Virus record (IMG/VR): IMGVR_UViG_3300030419_006251
Location: 96,001 to 160,000 of that record
Reading direction: 5' to 3' (one strand)
Origin: a virus
Taxonomy: Duplodnaviria > Caudoviricetes
Length of the DNA: 64,000 nt
Part shown: positions 46,638 through 55,068 of the stretch, in pieces
Layout of the letters: every line of letters begins with the position of its first letter
Position numbering within the stretch: the first letter of the stretch is position 1
Notes under the pieces: model-generated
Seen by the model: only the letters and a program-made list of their open reading frames with translations
Databases searched by the model: none
What the model was told of the DNA's origin: nothing
Position numbers and translations under genes: made by a program

Positions 46638-47561
46638 TTATTCACTCGCATATTCCATAATAGTTGGGTAGTAGTATTTATCGAAATAAACATCAGGTTT
46701 GTGATTTTCATTATAATCCTTATATGCTCTTTCTCCATAATCTTTATATCTTTCGTTCTCTAACATATACACAATTTTATCTTCTAAATCTTGAAAATCA
46801 TCTTGTATAACACAATAGTCTGTAAATGGCATATGCTCTTCCGATACCGACTTATTTCTCATCTTTGGCATTATTATTCCAGCTTTGCAACTAGCTAATT
46901 GCCAAATTCTCCATGCATCGTATGAATTCCCAAAATAGTGTAGTCCTATTTTACATCGATTTGCAGAATATTTAAAGGCATCCGACTGTAAGCCTCCGTG
47001 CGGATTCCAATCCTCAAAATTTAAAGCCCAATTTAAATGCTTTAGATTTCCTTCGGATAATTTTAAAACATGCTCATTAAACGGGCGACGACGAATATTG
47101 GTCATATTTGCCATAAAAAATATATCTATTGGACGGCCGTCTTTTTCTGCTTCAGGGTCTCTTAGTGAGTCAATAACAAAATGGAAAGGTTCTATTGGCG
47201 TATGTGGCCACATATTTACAGTCTGATCCGTTAATTCTCGCTGCATAATTAAGTCTGGTTTTCTATTACTCCAAATTTGCACATGTTCATGGTCTGTGGT
47301 ATCGTGCTGAATTAGAAAGGCGTCTTGAAAATAGTTGTTAATTAAGTGATTTGTGATTGGTATCGTATCGTTTTCGTGCAAATATAATACTACATTCTTA
47401 TATGTGTGTTCTGGGCCATGTTTTAATATATTGTCTGCGAATGGTCTTAGGGTTTTTTCATCTATGATATCAATCGTGTGACCCTTTTTGGCAAATGATT
47501 CAAACAAGAAAGTAGAATTTTTGACAAACGAATAATTAAAAAATAAAAAATCTTTATGCAT
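46638..47561 (-). CDS. Putative GT-B glycosyltransferase (Glyco_trans_1_2/CgeB-like C-terminus)
   Basis: KIGLHYFGNSYDAWRIWQLASC..DLEDKIVYML..YGERAY..H pattern. ATG at 47561 with GGAG SD preferred over the track start at 47630. Confidence 0.6.
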   Translation of the reverse strand: MHKDFLFFNYSFVKNSTFLFESFAKKGHTIDIIDEKTLRPFADNILKHGPEHTYKNVVLYLHENDTIPITNHLINNYFQDAFLIQHDTTDHEHVQIWSNRKPDLIMQRELTDQTVNMWPHTPIEPFHFVIDSLRDPEAEKDGRPIDIFFMANMTNIRRRPFNEHVLKLSEGNLKHLNWALNFEDWNPHGGLQSDAFKYSANRCKIGLHYFGNSYDAWRIWQLASCKAGIIMPKMRNKSVSEEHMPFTDYCVIQDDFQDLEDKIVYMLENERYKDYGERAYKDYNENHKPDVYFDKYYYPTIMEYASE

Positions 47562-47982
47562 ATTTTCTCCATAATAAAGCATAATCTGTACACACTCCGT
47601 ACAGATTAGGATAAGTTTCAGTTGGGGCATTTAAATGAACTGTTATTCCATTTTGAATATAGTTTTCCGGATAACACCAAATATGACCTTTGCTTGTCTG
47701 TGTCATAACATCACTTTCATGCCAAAACCAATTAAAGTTAGTTTTTTGTAGCTGTTCTACAGCTTCAATGTTTTTACAGTGCAACCACATTCGCGGATCA
47801 AAAAAGTTTTGACTAACTTCATATGTTGGTAAATCGTGACCTAAAAACCATTTTTCGCTGGTAAACCACACATCTACCTCTACATCGAACCCCAAAGCTA
47901 TAGCTGTTAACAAATATTCTGGCCTGTTCTCTTTGCTCGGATCAGCGCCACTTATGTTTCCTCGGTGTGATATTATATGCAC
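47554..47982 (-). CDS. Glycerophosphodiester phosphodiesterase/PLC-like small protein
   Basis: IISHRGN..EN....GFDVEVDV...LGHD, the GDPD catalytic His/Glu/Asp pattern; GTG start. Confidence 0.7.
   Translation of the reverse strand: MHIISHRGNISGADPSKENRPEYLLTAIALGFDVEVDVWFTSEKWFLGHDLPTYEVSQNFFDPRMWLHCKNIEAVEQLQKTNFNWFWHESDVMTQTSKGHIWCYPENYIQNGITVHLNAPTETYPNLYGVCTDYALLWRKYA
47582..47608. other. Perfect 10-bp inverted repeat with a 7-nt loop
   Basis: taatctgtac-acactcc-gtacagatta. Confidence 0.85.
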
Positions 47983-47983
47983 C

Positions 47984-48709
47984 CTATCTCCTGTGTCTCC
48001 AGTTATTTAAAAATTTTGTAAGATCTTCTGGCGTTCCCAGGCCCCACATTTCAGATACATAAAATGGGATCAATGACTTACCATCTTGGATTAGTTCGTT
48101 ATAAACTGGAGCAATATAAAATTCATTATTGACTCGTATATCTTTCTCAATCATTTGTTTCGCATATTTAACAAAATCTGAGCCTTTACGATACCAATAA
48201 ATTCCACAAGTCGCAATATTTGAAATTGGTCGCTTTTCTGCTACCTCTGTAATAAATCCACGAGAATTTGTTTTTACAAAAGACCATTTTGGATGTACAG
48301 CATTGAAAGTAAACACAATCCCATCAACACTTGTAAGGCTCTTAAGTGTATCAAAATTATCTGGCTCATATTGAATAAACTGATCCGAATTTGCAATTAA
48401 AAGACTTTCATCGTTGTCAATATATTTTTCAGCTAAAAGCGCTGTGCAGGCGGCCCCTTCGGTTAATCCATTAACTGTTACATAATTGAAACGACCATTT
48501 GTAATTCTATCCAGCGTATCTAAAAGTCCAGAGTATTTCTGTACATGCTCTTCTCTAACAAGAAAAATATAATCACAATCAAAATCTAAATTTTCTACAA
48601 CGGATTGTATCATAGGCTTGCCAGCAACATCAATTAATGGCTTTGGAAAAGTATATCCCTCTTTTGCAAACCTGCTGCCTTCACCGGCCATTGGAATCAA
48701 GATCTTCAT
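47984..48709 (-). CDS. Sugar-phosphate nucleotidyltransferase (NTP_transferase family, capsule-locus type)
   Basis: ILIPMAGEGSRF..GYTFPKPLIDVAGKPMI (GxGxR..PK motif), LLIANSDQ, EVAEKRPIS. Confidence 0.85.
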   Translation of the reverse strand: MKILIPMAGEGSRFAKEGYTFPKPLIDVAGKPMIQSVVENLDFDCDYIFLVREEHVQKYSGLLDTLDRITNGRFNYVTVNGLTEGAACTALLAEKYIDNDESLLIANSDQFIQYEPDNFDTLKSLTSVDGIVFTFNAVHPKWSFVKTNSRGFITEVAEKRPISNIATCGIYWYRKGSDFVKYAKQMIEKDIRVNNEFYIAPVYNELIQDGKSLIPFYVSEMWGLGTPEDLTKFLNNWRHRR

Positions 48710-49316
48710 TTAAATACTCCTTAAATAATTTTATACATACATCATCAGGATTTTTGACCTGTATGATATTACAGCCAGAGGCAAGTGCCGCGGCCATTCC
48801 TTTGGGCGAATCCTCTACAATCAGCATAGAAGACTTGTCTATTTGAAAATGTTCCAAAACTTTAAGATACCCTTCTGGATGTGGTTTTGGATTTTTCACA
48901 TCTTGGTTAGTGATCACCAATTCAAACAAGTCAAAAATGCCGGTTTTTTGCAGCATTAAATCAGCAGTCATTCTGATACTGTTAGTATAGCATGCCACAT
49001 GTAATTGTCTATCTTTTAGCCAATTAATTAAATCTACTTTTTCTTGTCGTAATTCGGCATTTTCAGAAATAATTTTAACTGTCTTCTCTTGCTTCAAATC
49101 ATATACTCGCTCATGTTGTTCTTTGTTTAATATTCCCATTTCTGTTAGTTTGTTTAATTTTACTTTTGTAGGAATTCCATTAAAAGTTTTATAATGATCT
49201 TCGAGAGATATCTCATAATTGCATATTTCTTTTAACGATTCGTTCAAAGCAACTCGATGCCATTCACATGCGTCGACAAGCACCCCATCTAAATCGAATG
49301 TAACTAACCTAATCAC
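48681..49316 (-). CDS. HAD-superfamily phosphatase (beta-PGM-like)
   Basis: TFDLDGVLVD motif I, TNS, KPHPEGY, IVEDSPKG. Confidence 0.9.
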   Translation of the reverse strand: MIRLVTFDLDGVLVDACEWHRVALNESLKEICNYEISLEDHYKTFNGIPTKVKLNKLTEMGILNKEQHERVYDLKQEKTVKIISENAELRQEKVDLINWLKDRQLHVACYTNSIRMTADLMLQKTGIFDLFELVITNQDVKNPKPHPEGYLKVLEHFQIDKSSMLIVEDSPKGMAAALASGCNIIQVKNPDDVCIKLFKEYLNEDLDSNGR

Positions 49317-49668
49317 CTTTCATAATCCTGTGGCTGTCGCTGTCAAAGTGTTGTGTAGAAAATTCAAAAAGCTCTGTATCTTCTAATGCTATCATTTGAT
49401 GTCGAAGGCCACGATATACATGAAAGTTGTCGCCGCGCTCCAATATTAGCTCTTCTGCTTCTGCTATGTCATCTTTCTCAGAATATTTTACCAGCATTTT
49501 TCCAGATTGTATATAAAAAACCTCGTCTTTTAACTTATGATAATGCCAAGAGCAGCGCTTTCCCTTTACAAAATAAAGAAGTTTGCCACAGTATTCGTCA
49601 TTATTAACAATCCATTTTTCAAAGCCCCAACCTTTAGGGACAAAATTCATTTCTAAAGAAGTCTTCAT
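49309..49668 (-). CDS. Cupin-domain sugar isomerase-like protein (mannose-6-phosphate isomerase type II / D-lyxose isomerase-like)
   Basis: VPKGWGFE..GKRCSWHYHKLKDEVFYIQSG (HxH-E) and HQM motif 2; the start may be ATG at 49650. Confidence 0.75.
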   Translation of the reverse strand: MKTSLEMNFVPKGWGFEKWIVNNDEYCGKLLYFVKGKRCSWHYHKLKDEVFYIQSGKMLVKYSEKDDIAEAEELILERGDNFHVYRGLRHQMIALEDTELFEFSTQHFDSDSHRIMKGD

Positions 49669-49966
49669 CTCTTATTCCTCTGTCATCGACATAAATATCG
49701 CCGGCAGGTTTTCCCAAAAAGAGCATATGGTGTTTTACGCCCCATTCTTTTAGCTGCGCAGCTGTTTTATCATATAAATCTTTAATGGCCTTTTCGGCAT
49801 CATTGTTGTGTCTTCCCATTCCGCGGGCAGTCTGCATTATAATTGTGTTGCCCTGTTCATATAAAGCGTTAACAACCTTTACTCTTTCGACTATAGGCAT
49901 TGCTTTTTCGTATTCACCATAAGTGTTTGTACATATAGTTCCATCGATATCAAAAACATATGTCAT
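49634..49966 (-). CDS. Small HAD phosphatase (capsule-biosynthesis phosphatase type)
   Basis: YVFDIDGTIC, QTARG, LGKP, IYVDD; ATGA overlap with the transaldolase stop. Confidence 0.85.
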   Translation of the reverse strand: MTYVFDIDGTICTNTYGEYEKAMPIVERVKVVNALYEQGNTIIMQTARGMGRHNNDAEKAIKDLYDKTAAQLKEWGVKHHMLFLGKPAGDIYVDDRGIRDEDFFRNEFCP

Positions 49967-50631
49967 TTTATCCACCTTTCAAAGTCTTTCATAAAGCCCT
50001 CTACAGATTCATCAGTTTTAACATGCGAGGTAGCCTTTTTAATAACAGAATACCCTGCTGTTACTATGTGGCATCCTTGGTTCCAACAATTAGATAAATC
50101 ATATGCATTGCGTATAGAGCCTGCGATGATTTCGCAATCTAATTTGTTATCATCGATAAACTTACGAGTTCTTCGAAGTACTTCGAGCGGATCTCCACCA
50201 ACATCTATTAGTCGGTTATAAAATAGTGAAACATATCGAGCCCCGGAAAGGGCTGCTAGTTGCAATTGTGTATCGCTAAAACAACAAGTACAATTAACTC
50301 GGATTCCTTGTTTTTTAAGTTGATCTATTACTCTTAATTCTTCAAAGCCTACAGGAATCTTAATATTCAAGTTCTTATAATCTATTCTTTCGCATATTTC
50401 AACAGCTTGTAATATCATGGAATCCGGCTCAGTAGCAAATACTTCAACCGAGACCGGGATGTCTACGCCGTACTGTACACACAAATCACAAATTTTTTGT
50501 ATGTGGTCATAAAAGTCTGTTTTTGGTTCTTTAGCCAAAAGGGAAGGATTAGTAGTTATCCCTTGTATGACTCCCTTTTGTAATAAGCTTTCTATTTCTT
50601 TCAAATTAGCAGTATCTGCAAATAATTTCAT
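49963..50631 (-). CDS. tal: Transaldolase (small TalC/FSA-type subfamily)
   Basis: LFADTA, GITTNPSL, VSVEV, NIKIP (Schiff-base Lys), YVSLFYNR, AGSIR. Confidence 0.9.
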   Translation of the reverse strand: MKLFADTANLKEIESLLQKGVIQGITTNPSLLAKEPKTDFYDHIQKICDLCVQYGVDIPVSVEVFATEPDSMILQAVEICERIDYKNLNIKIPVGFEELRVIDQLKKQGIRVNCTCCFSDTQLQLAALSGARYVSLFYNRLIDVGGDPLEVLRRTRKFIDDNKLDCEIIAGSIRNAYDLSNCWNQGCHIVTAGYSVIKKATSHVKTDESVEGFMKDFERWIK

Positions 50632-50632
50632 T

Positions 50633-51043
50633 TTATTCCTCGATGTGTTTATAGGTTTTGCCGTCTTCTACGATATGTGAGTCTCCATCGTCGTCCAGTG
50701 TTGAAAACTCAATAATTACGGTATCTTCTAATGCGATTCTCATATGCATAAATCCAACAGGTATATGAAAGACATCTCCTTCATTTAAGATAAGCGAGGT
50801 GTTCTTGGCGCGACCTATCCTTGTTCCCACTTTAAGTTTTCCAGACTCTATGTAATATGATTCTTCTTTTTTTATATGATATTCCATACTACTTTGAGTG
50901 CCCTTCTTCATAAAAATTCTTTTAACTGTATAGTGTTCATTTTCGAAAAGAGTCTTCATATTTCCCCAATATTTATCGACCTCTTTTATAACTCCATGAA
51001 TTGGAGGCAATTCTTGTCTTCCATATTTTATATCATTGGCCAT
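50633..51043 (-). CDS. Second cupin-domain sugar isomerase-like protein
   Basis: VDKYWG..GTQSSMEYHIKKEESYYIESG..HMR; ATG at 51043 preferred over the track start at 51121. Confidence 0.7.
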   Translation of the reverse strand: MANDIKYGRQELPPIHGVIKEVDKYWGNMKTLFENEHYTVKRIFMKKGTQSSMEYHIKKEESYYIESGKLKVGTRIGRAKNTSLILNEGDVFHIPVGFMHMRIALEDTVIIEFSTLDDDGDSHIVEDGKTYKHIEE

Positions 51044-51716
51044 AATATTTTTCTTTTCCATTCTTGCGAAAAAAGTGTTTATCAATAACATATTTTGGTA
51101 TACGCATACTGCTTGCTCCAATTAAAGTTAAACTCTTGTACGCCATCTCCGCAACCAACTCTAAAACATAGGCCGTTTCTAATGTTTGTTCTATCGATGG
51201 CCCCCAAATAAAAGCGCCGTGGCCGGAAACCAACGAACAAGGCATTCTTTTGTAGTCAATGCCAGATGATTTAAAATATTTACAAATTTCTACACCTGTT
51301 TCAAGTTCATAATTGGTTTCTATCTGTCGTCTGTTCGGGTGTGGAACACAGGGTATATCTCCATAAAAATAATCTGCGTGTGTTGTTCCCAAGCAGGGTA
51401 TTTGCCTATTAGCTTGTGCAAATGTAGTGCTGTATTTGGAATGTGTATGTACTATGCAATTAATATTATTGAAATTCTTATAGATCTCCAAATGTGTAGG
51501 TGTATCGACGGATGGTTTTTTGCCATCAATTTTTTGACCGTATATTGTCAAAACAGATATATCCTCTTCTGTCGCAGCATCTAAATCAACTCCAGATGGT
51601 TTTATATAGATTATATCTCCTTGCCTGTAACTCACATTTCCCCAAGTTAACTCTACCAAGTCTTTTTCGACAATCCACCTATTGGCCTTTAAAACTTCTT
51701 TCTTAATTGAGCGCAT
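51033..51716 (-). CDS. araD: L-ribulose-5-phosphate 4-epimerase-like class II aldolase/epimerase
   Basis: TWGNVS, IKPSGV, KPSVDTPTH, HTHS, GTTHADYFYGDIP, LVSGHGAFIWG; C-terminal KHFFRKNG..YYGQ. Confidence 0.9.
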   Translation of the reverse strand: MRSIKKEVLKANRWIVEKDLVELTWGNVSYRQGDIIYIKPSGVDLDAATEEDISVLTIYGQKIDGKKPSVDTPTHLEIYKNFNNINCIVHTHSKYSTTFAQANRQIPCLGTTHADYFYGDIPCVPHPNRRQIETNYELETGVEICKYFKSSGIDYKRMPCSLVSGHGAFIWGPSIEQTLETAYVLELVAEMAYKSLTLIGASSMRIPKYVIDKHFFRKNGKEKYYGQ

Positions 51717-52635
51717 AGAAATCCTCGTATGTAGGAGGCTTAGTGCCCATATTCAATGTTGATGCAGCTGCCCATTTGTTGCAGAATTCAAGATCAAAAT
51801 CGGGATATTTTACAGCAAATGCTGCGAGGAACGAGTCGCCGGCGCCGCAAGAATCTTTCGCTTCTATTGGATATCCGCCATGATGAATTACTCTGTTGCC
51901 ATCATATAAAACGCTGCCGCGAGATCCTAAAGTAACACAGATTCCCGCTCTTAAATTTTCCGAAAGTTCTTTCAATTGATTTAATACTGGTTTAAATGAA
52001 TTTGATGGACAATACAAAGATTTAAGATTATTAGTTGCCTCAGTTTCGTTCATACAAATAAGATTCGAGCCGGCGAAATGAAAATATTGATTTTTTCCGT
52101 CTGATATTTGCGAACTAGCGATGACTTTTATATCCCTCTCTTTCAAAAGTGATATTAATTCTTGAGTTTGTTTGGCATTATTGAAGAACCCCTTTCTGTA
52201 ATCTACTAGTAGTGCTGTTTCAAAACTTTCATTGTTTATTTTGTCTTTTATTTGCTGGATGTGCTCATTAGTCAACGAAACCTGTTGACCTCTATTAACT
52301 TGTAAAAATTTATACTTATTATCACCCTTACTTATCCAATATCTTGATTTAACGGTATTTTTACCACTGTGTTCTATCAAATATAAATCAAGATTTTCCG
52401 ATTTCCAAGAATTGAGAACATCTTTGTGTGCATCTTGCCCATTAGCTGTAATAAAAGTGACCTTTGCTGATAGAGATAACAAGTTACTAACCACATTGGC
52501 CGCTCCTCCAAAAGTGTATTCTTCTTCTACGAACTCGGTTTTCATAGTCGGAGTTTCTAGCGATATACCTATTGGGTTGCAAAAAATAGAATGATCTATG
52601 ATTGTATCGCCTATAACCAATATATTATCTTTCAT
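51703..52635 (-). CDS. PfkB-family kinase resembling the HldE/RfaE heptose-7-phosphate kinase domain
   Basis: LVIGDTIID..ISLETP..GGAANV, VDYRKG, NETE, VTLGSRG, DSCGAGDSF. Confidence 0.8.
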   Translation of the reverse strand: MKDNILVIGDTIIDHSIFCNPIGISLETPTMKTEFVEEEYTFGGAANVVSNLLSLSAKVTFITANGQDAHKDVLNSWKSENLDLYLIEHSGKNTVKSRYWISKGDNKYKFLQVNRGQQVSLTNEHIQQIKDKINNESFETALLVDYRKGFFNNAKQTQELISLLKERDIKVIASSQISDGKNQYFHFAGSNLICMNETEATNNLKSLYCPSNSFKPVLNQLKELSENLRAGICVTLGSRGSVLYDGNRVIHHGGYPIEAKDSCGAGDSFLAAFAVKYPDFDLEFCNKWAAASTLNMGTKPPTYEDFYALN

Positions 52636-53491
52636 GCTTATCCCAATGTTGCTTTTCGTGAATTTTCTTTATTACACTTGTGGTGGAATAATTTTCCAAA
52701 AATGGATAAATTTTGATATCAATATGTCGTGGGATTCCATCTCTGGCCCTGACTTCTTCGGAAGTCCACTCTCCACCTTTGACAACAATAGATGGATCAA
52801 TCGCCTCAATAATACCAATACTCTTTGTATTATCAAATATAACCACCTCATCGACACAATGCAAGGATTCTAGTATTTTTTTTCTGTCATTTTGATTATT
52901 AATCGGCCGATCTGGCCCTTTAAGTTGCCGAACACTATTATCAGAATTGATTCCTACCACCAATTTATCTCCGAGAGATTTAGAAAAATTCAGTAATTCA
53001 ATATGACCTGTGTGTAGGATATCGAAGACCCCGTTTGTAAAGACCACTCTTTTCTTCTTAGAAGATAGTTTTTCGACTCTCTTAACATGGCGACCTTCTC
53101 CAAACTTAGTTTGCAGCCACAAATCTAAAATTTTAAAGTTTTCTTCTTCAGAGGTAGTCCAGTGTCCTAAACATAATATATTTGAATCATTGTGTTCTCT
53201 GCATTTAGGGGCCGTAGTAACATTATGCACCAATGCTGCTCTGACTTTTTCAAATCGGTTTGCCGCTATGCTCATTCCGACTCCGGTGCCACATATCAAT
53301 ATACCACTCTGTATATCGTCGTTAGTCAACATTTGACTTAACTGGTTCGCATAGTCTACATAATCTACTTTTCTTGCCTCGTCAAATGGTCCAATATCTA
53401 CAGCAATAAAATTGTTTTCTTTGAGATATTTTCGTATTTTATTTTTTAATGCTATTCCGTTATGATCGGAGGAAAGTCCTATTATTTTCAT
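52625..53491 (-). CDS. Fusion of ribose-5-phosphate isomerase B (RpiB/LacAB) and an HldE/RfaE domain II nucleotidyltransferase
   Basis: N-half: SSDHNG, DYVDYA, ICGTGVGMSIAAN, REHNDSN, GEGRHVKRV. C-half: VFTNGVFDILHTGH, GINSDNSVRQLKGPDRPIN, VKGGEW, YSTTSVIKKI. Confidence 0.9.
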   Translation of the reverse strand: MKIIGLSSDHNGIALKNKIRKYLKENNFIAVDIGPFDEARKVDYVDYANQLSQMLTNDDIQSGILICGTGVGMSIAANRFEKVRAALVHNVTTAPKCREHNDSNILCLGHWTTSEEENFKILDLWLQTKFGEGRHVKRVEKLSSKKKRVVFTNGVFDILHTGHIELLNFSKSLGDKLVVGINSDNSVRQLKGPDRPINNQNDRKKILESLHCVDEVVIFDNTKSIGIIEAIDPSIVVKGGEWTSEEVRARDGIPRHIDIKIYPFLENYSTTSVIKKIHEKQHWDKHER

Positions 53492-53501
53492 ATCGCTCTC
53501 T

Positions 53502-54182
53502 TTAGGATTTTGTATATTTTACTATATTCCATTTATCTGAAAATTTAAACGATGTCGGCTTGATTGTGTGAAAAAATAATTTATCTGTTTTATGTGTCAT
53601 GCCATCAATAAGGTTGATAACACTACTATCAATACAATGTATTTCTGATGCATTTTGGATAATTTTTACATAATCGAGCAAGTTCTCCGTCAATCCGGGG
53701 CGAATTTCTATTACTGGTAATTTTGATTTTATATCCACAAAAAACTTTCCTATGCTGGACTGTTGGTGTAATAAAACATAATCCTTTTTGGTGTGCACTA
53801 AAGTCTCGTATAGTTTATCAGAATTTGGTATGTGGCTCGGCAGTTTAAAGTTTGAATATCTGATGGAAAAATCTAGGTTTAATTGTTCATAAAAGCATAT
53901 ATTACATTCTAATTCGCAAGTATCTAAATATTCAAATCCAACTCTAAGTACCGGTAGCTTCTTAGTATTACAGTAGTCTATAACATCCCTGTGTTCTACG
54001 GCCACAGGAAACACTGTTATATTATCCCAATCTTGATATAGGCACTGTACAGTATTAAAGTTGTGAAGCTTGGCTGGTAAATGAATTTTATCGTATGTTG
54101 TTGCAACTTGATGTACTAAGCCGTTGCATACGAAATGATCGCCCAAACCTAAGTGGTGATGTAGAACAACTTCTTTATTCAT
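53502..54182 (-). CDS. Putative GT9 (heptosyltransferase)-like glycosyltransferase
   Basis: N-terminal HLGLGDHF and C-terminal IIQNASEIHCIDSSVINLI resemble the GT9 xGD and DSxxxHL motifs; divergent. Confidence 0.45.
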   Translation of the reverse strand: MNKEVVLHHHLGLGDHFVCNGLVHQVATTYDKIHLPAKLHNFNTVQCLYQDWDNITVFPVAVEHRDVIDYCNTKKLPVLRVGFEYLDTCELECNICFYEQLNLDFSIRYSNFKLPSHIPNSDKLYETLVHTKKDYVLLHQQSSIGKFFVDIKSKLPVIEIRPGLTENLLDYVKIIQNASEIHCIDSSVINLIDGMTHKTDKLFFHTIKPTSFKFSDKWNIVKYTKS

Positions 54183-55068
54183 CTTTAAGCCAATTTTCTA
54201 ATTTAATTTTTGGCGTCCAGTTGAGCAAATTCTGCGCTTTTGTATTATCAGCCAATGAAATTTCAGCTTCCGCTGGGCGAGGCGGAATGAAAGTATATTC
54301 TCCTCCGACAAGTTTTGCTAGCTCAACAATGCTGTGATTTTCTCCCGTTCCTATGTTTATAAGTTGGCCAATTGGCTTCTTATTTTCTAAATCTGCTGCT
54401 AATATATTAGCGGCGACTACATCAAGCACATTGGTAAAGTCTCTTCGCTGCCTTCCTGAGCCTATTATAGTCATCGGCAGACCCGCACCCTTCTGTCTTA
54501 GAAAGAGACCTACTACGGGTGCATATTGTCCTCTTACGGGCTGCCTTTTTCCATATACATTAAAATATCTGAAGACAACGGTTTCAAGCCCATATAAATC
54601 CATATACATTTTACACAAATCTTCGCCGGCACATTTCGAAATTGAATAAGGATTTAAACAATCTCGCGGCATATCCTCGTGGAGTGGAGGAATGTTTTTA
54701 AGTCCATAAGCAGCAGAAGTAGAGGAATAAACTACCCGTTTAACACCAGCTTCGCGTGATGCTTGAAGTATGTTGCATGTGCCGACAGTGTTTACGGTTG
54801 TTGCATAAATAGGATTGTGAATAGCTGGCTGGATTCTTGACTCAGCTGCTAGATGAAAAACAACATCGATATCTGTAAATAAGTGTCGTATTGCATCATA
54901 TTCGCAGATATCATATTTATAGTTTTTTGCATTCTCGTTCCAGTAAAATTGTTCATGTGCATCGGAAGACTCATTATCAATAACTATTACCTCATGTTCT
55001 AAATTGATCAATTCGTCAACTAAATTGCTTCCAATAAATCCAGCGCCGCCCGTAACTAAACATCTCAT
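54175..55068 (-). CDS. NAD-dependent nucleotide-sugar epimerase/dehydratase (extended SDR)
   Basis: VTGGAGFIGSNL, HLAA, YSSTSAAYG, NPYSISK (YxxxK), RYFNVYG, RDFTNV. Confidence 0.9.
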   Translation of the reverse strand: MRCLVTGGAGFIGSNLVDELINLEHEVIVIDNESSDAHEQFYWNENAKNYKYDICEYDAIRHLFTDIDVVFHLAAESRIQPAIHNPIYATTVNTVGTCNILQASREAGVKRVVYSSTSAAYGLKNIPPLHEDMPRDCLNPYSISKCAGEDLCKMYMDLYGLETVVFRYFNVYGKRQPVRGQYAPVVGLFLRQKGAGLPMTIIGSGRQRRDFTNVLDVVAANILAADLENKKPIGQLINIGTGENHSIVELAKLVGGEYTFIPPRPAEAEISLADNTKAQNLLNWTPKIKLENWLKDE

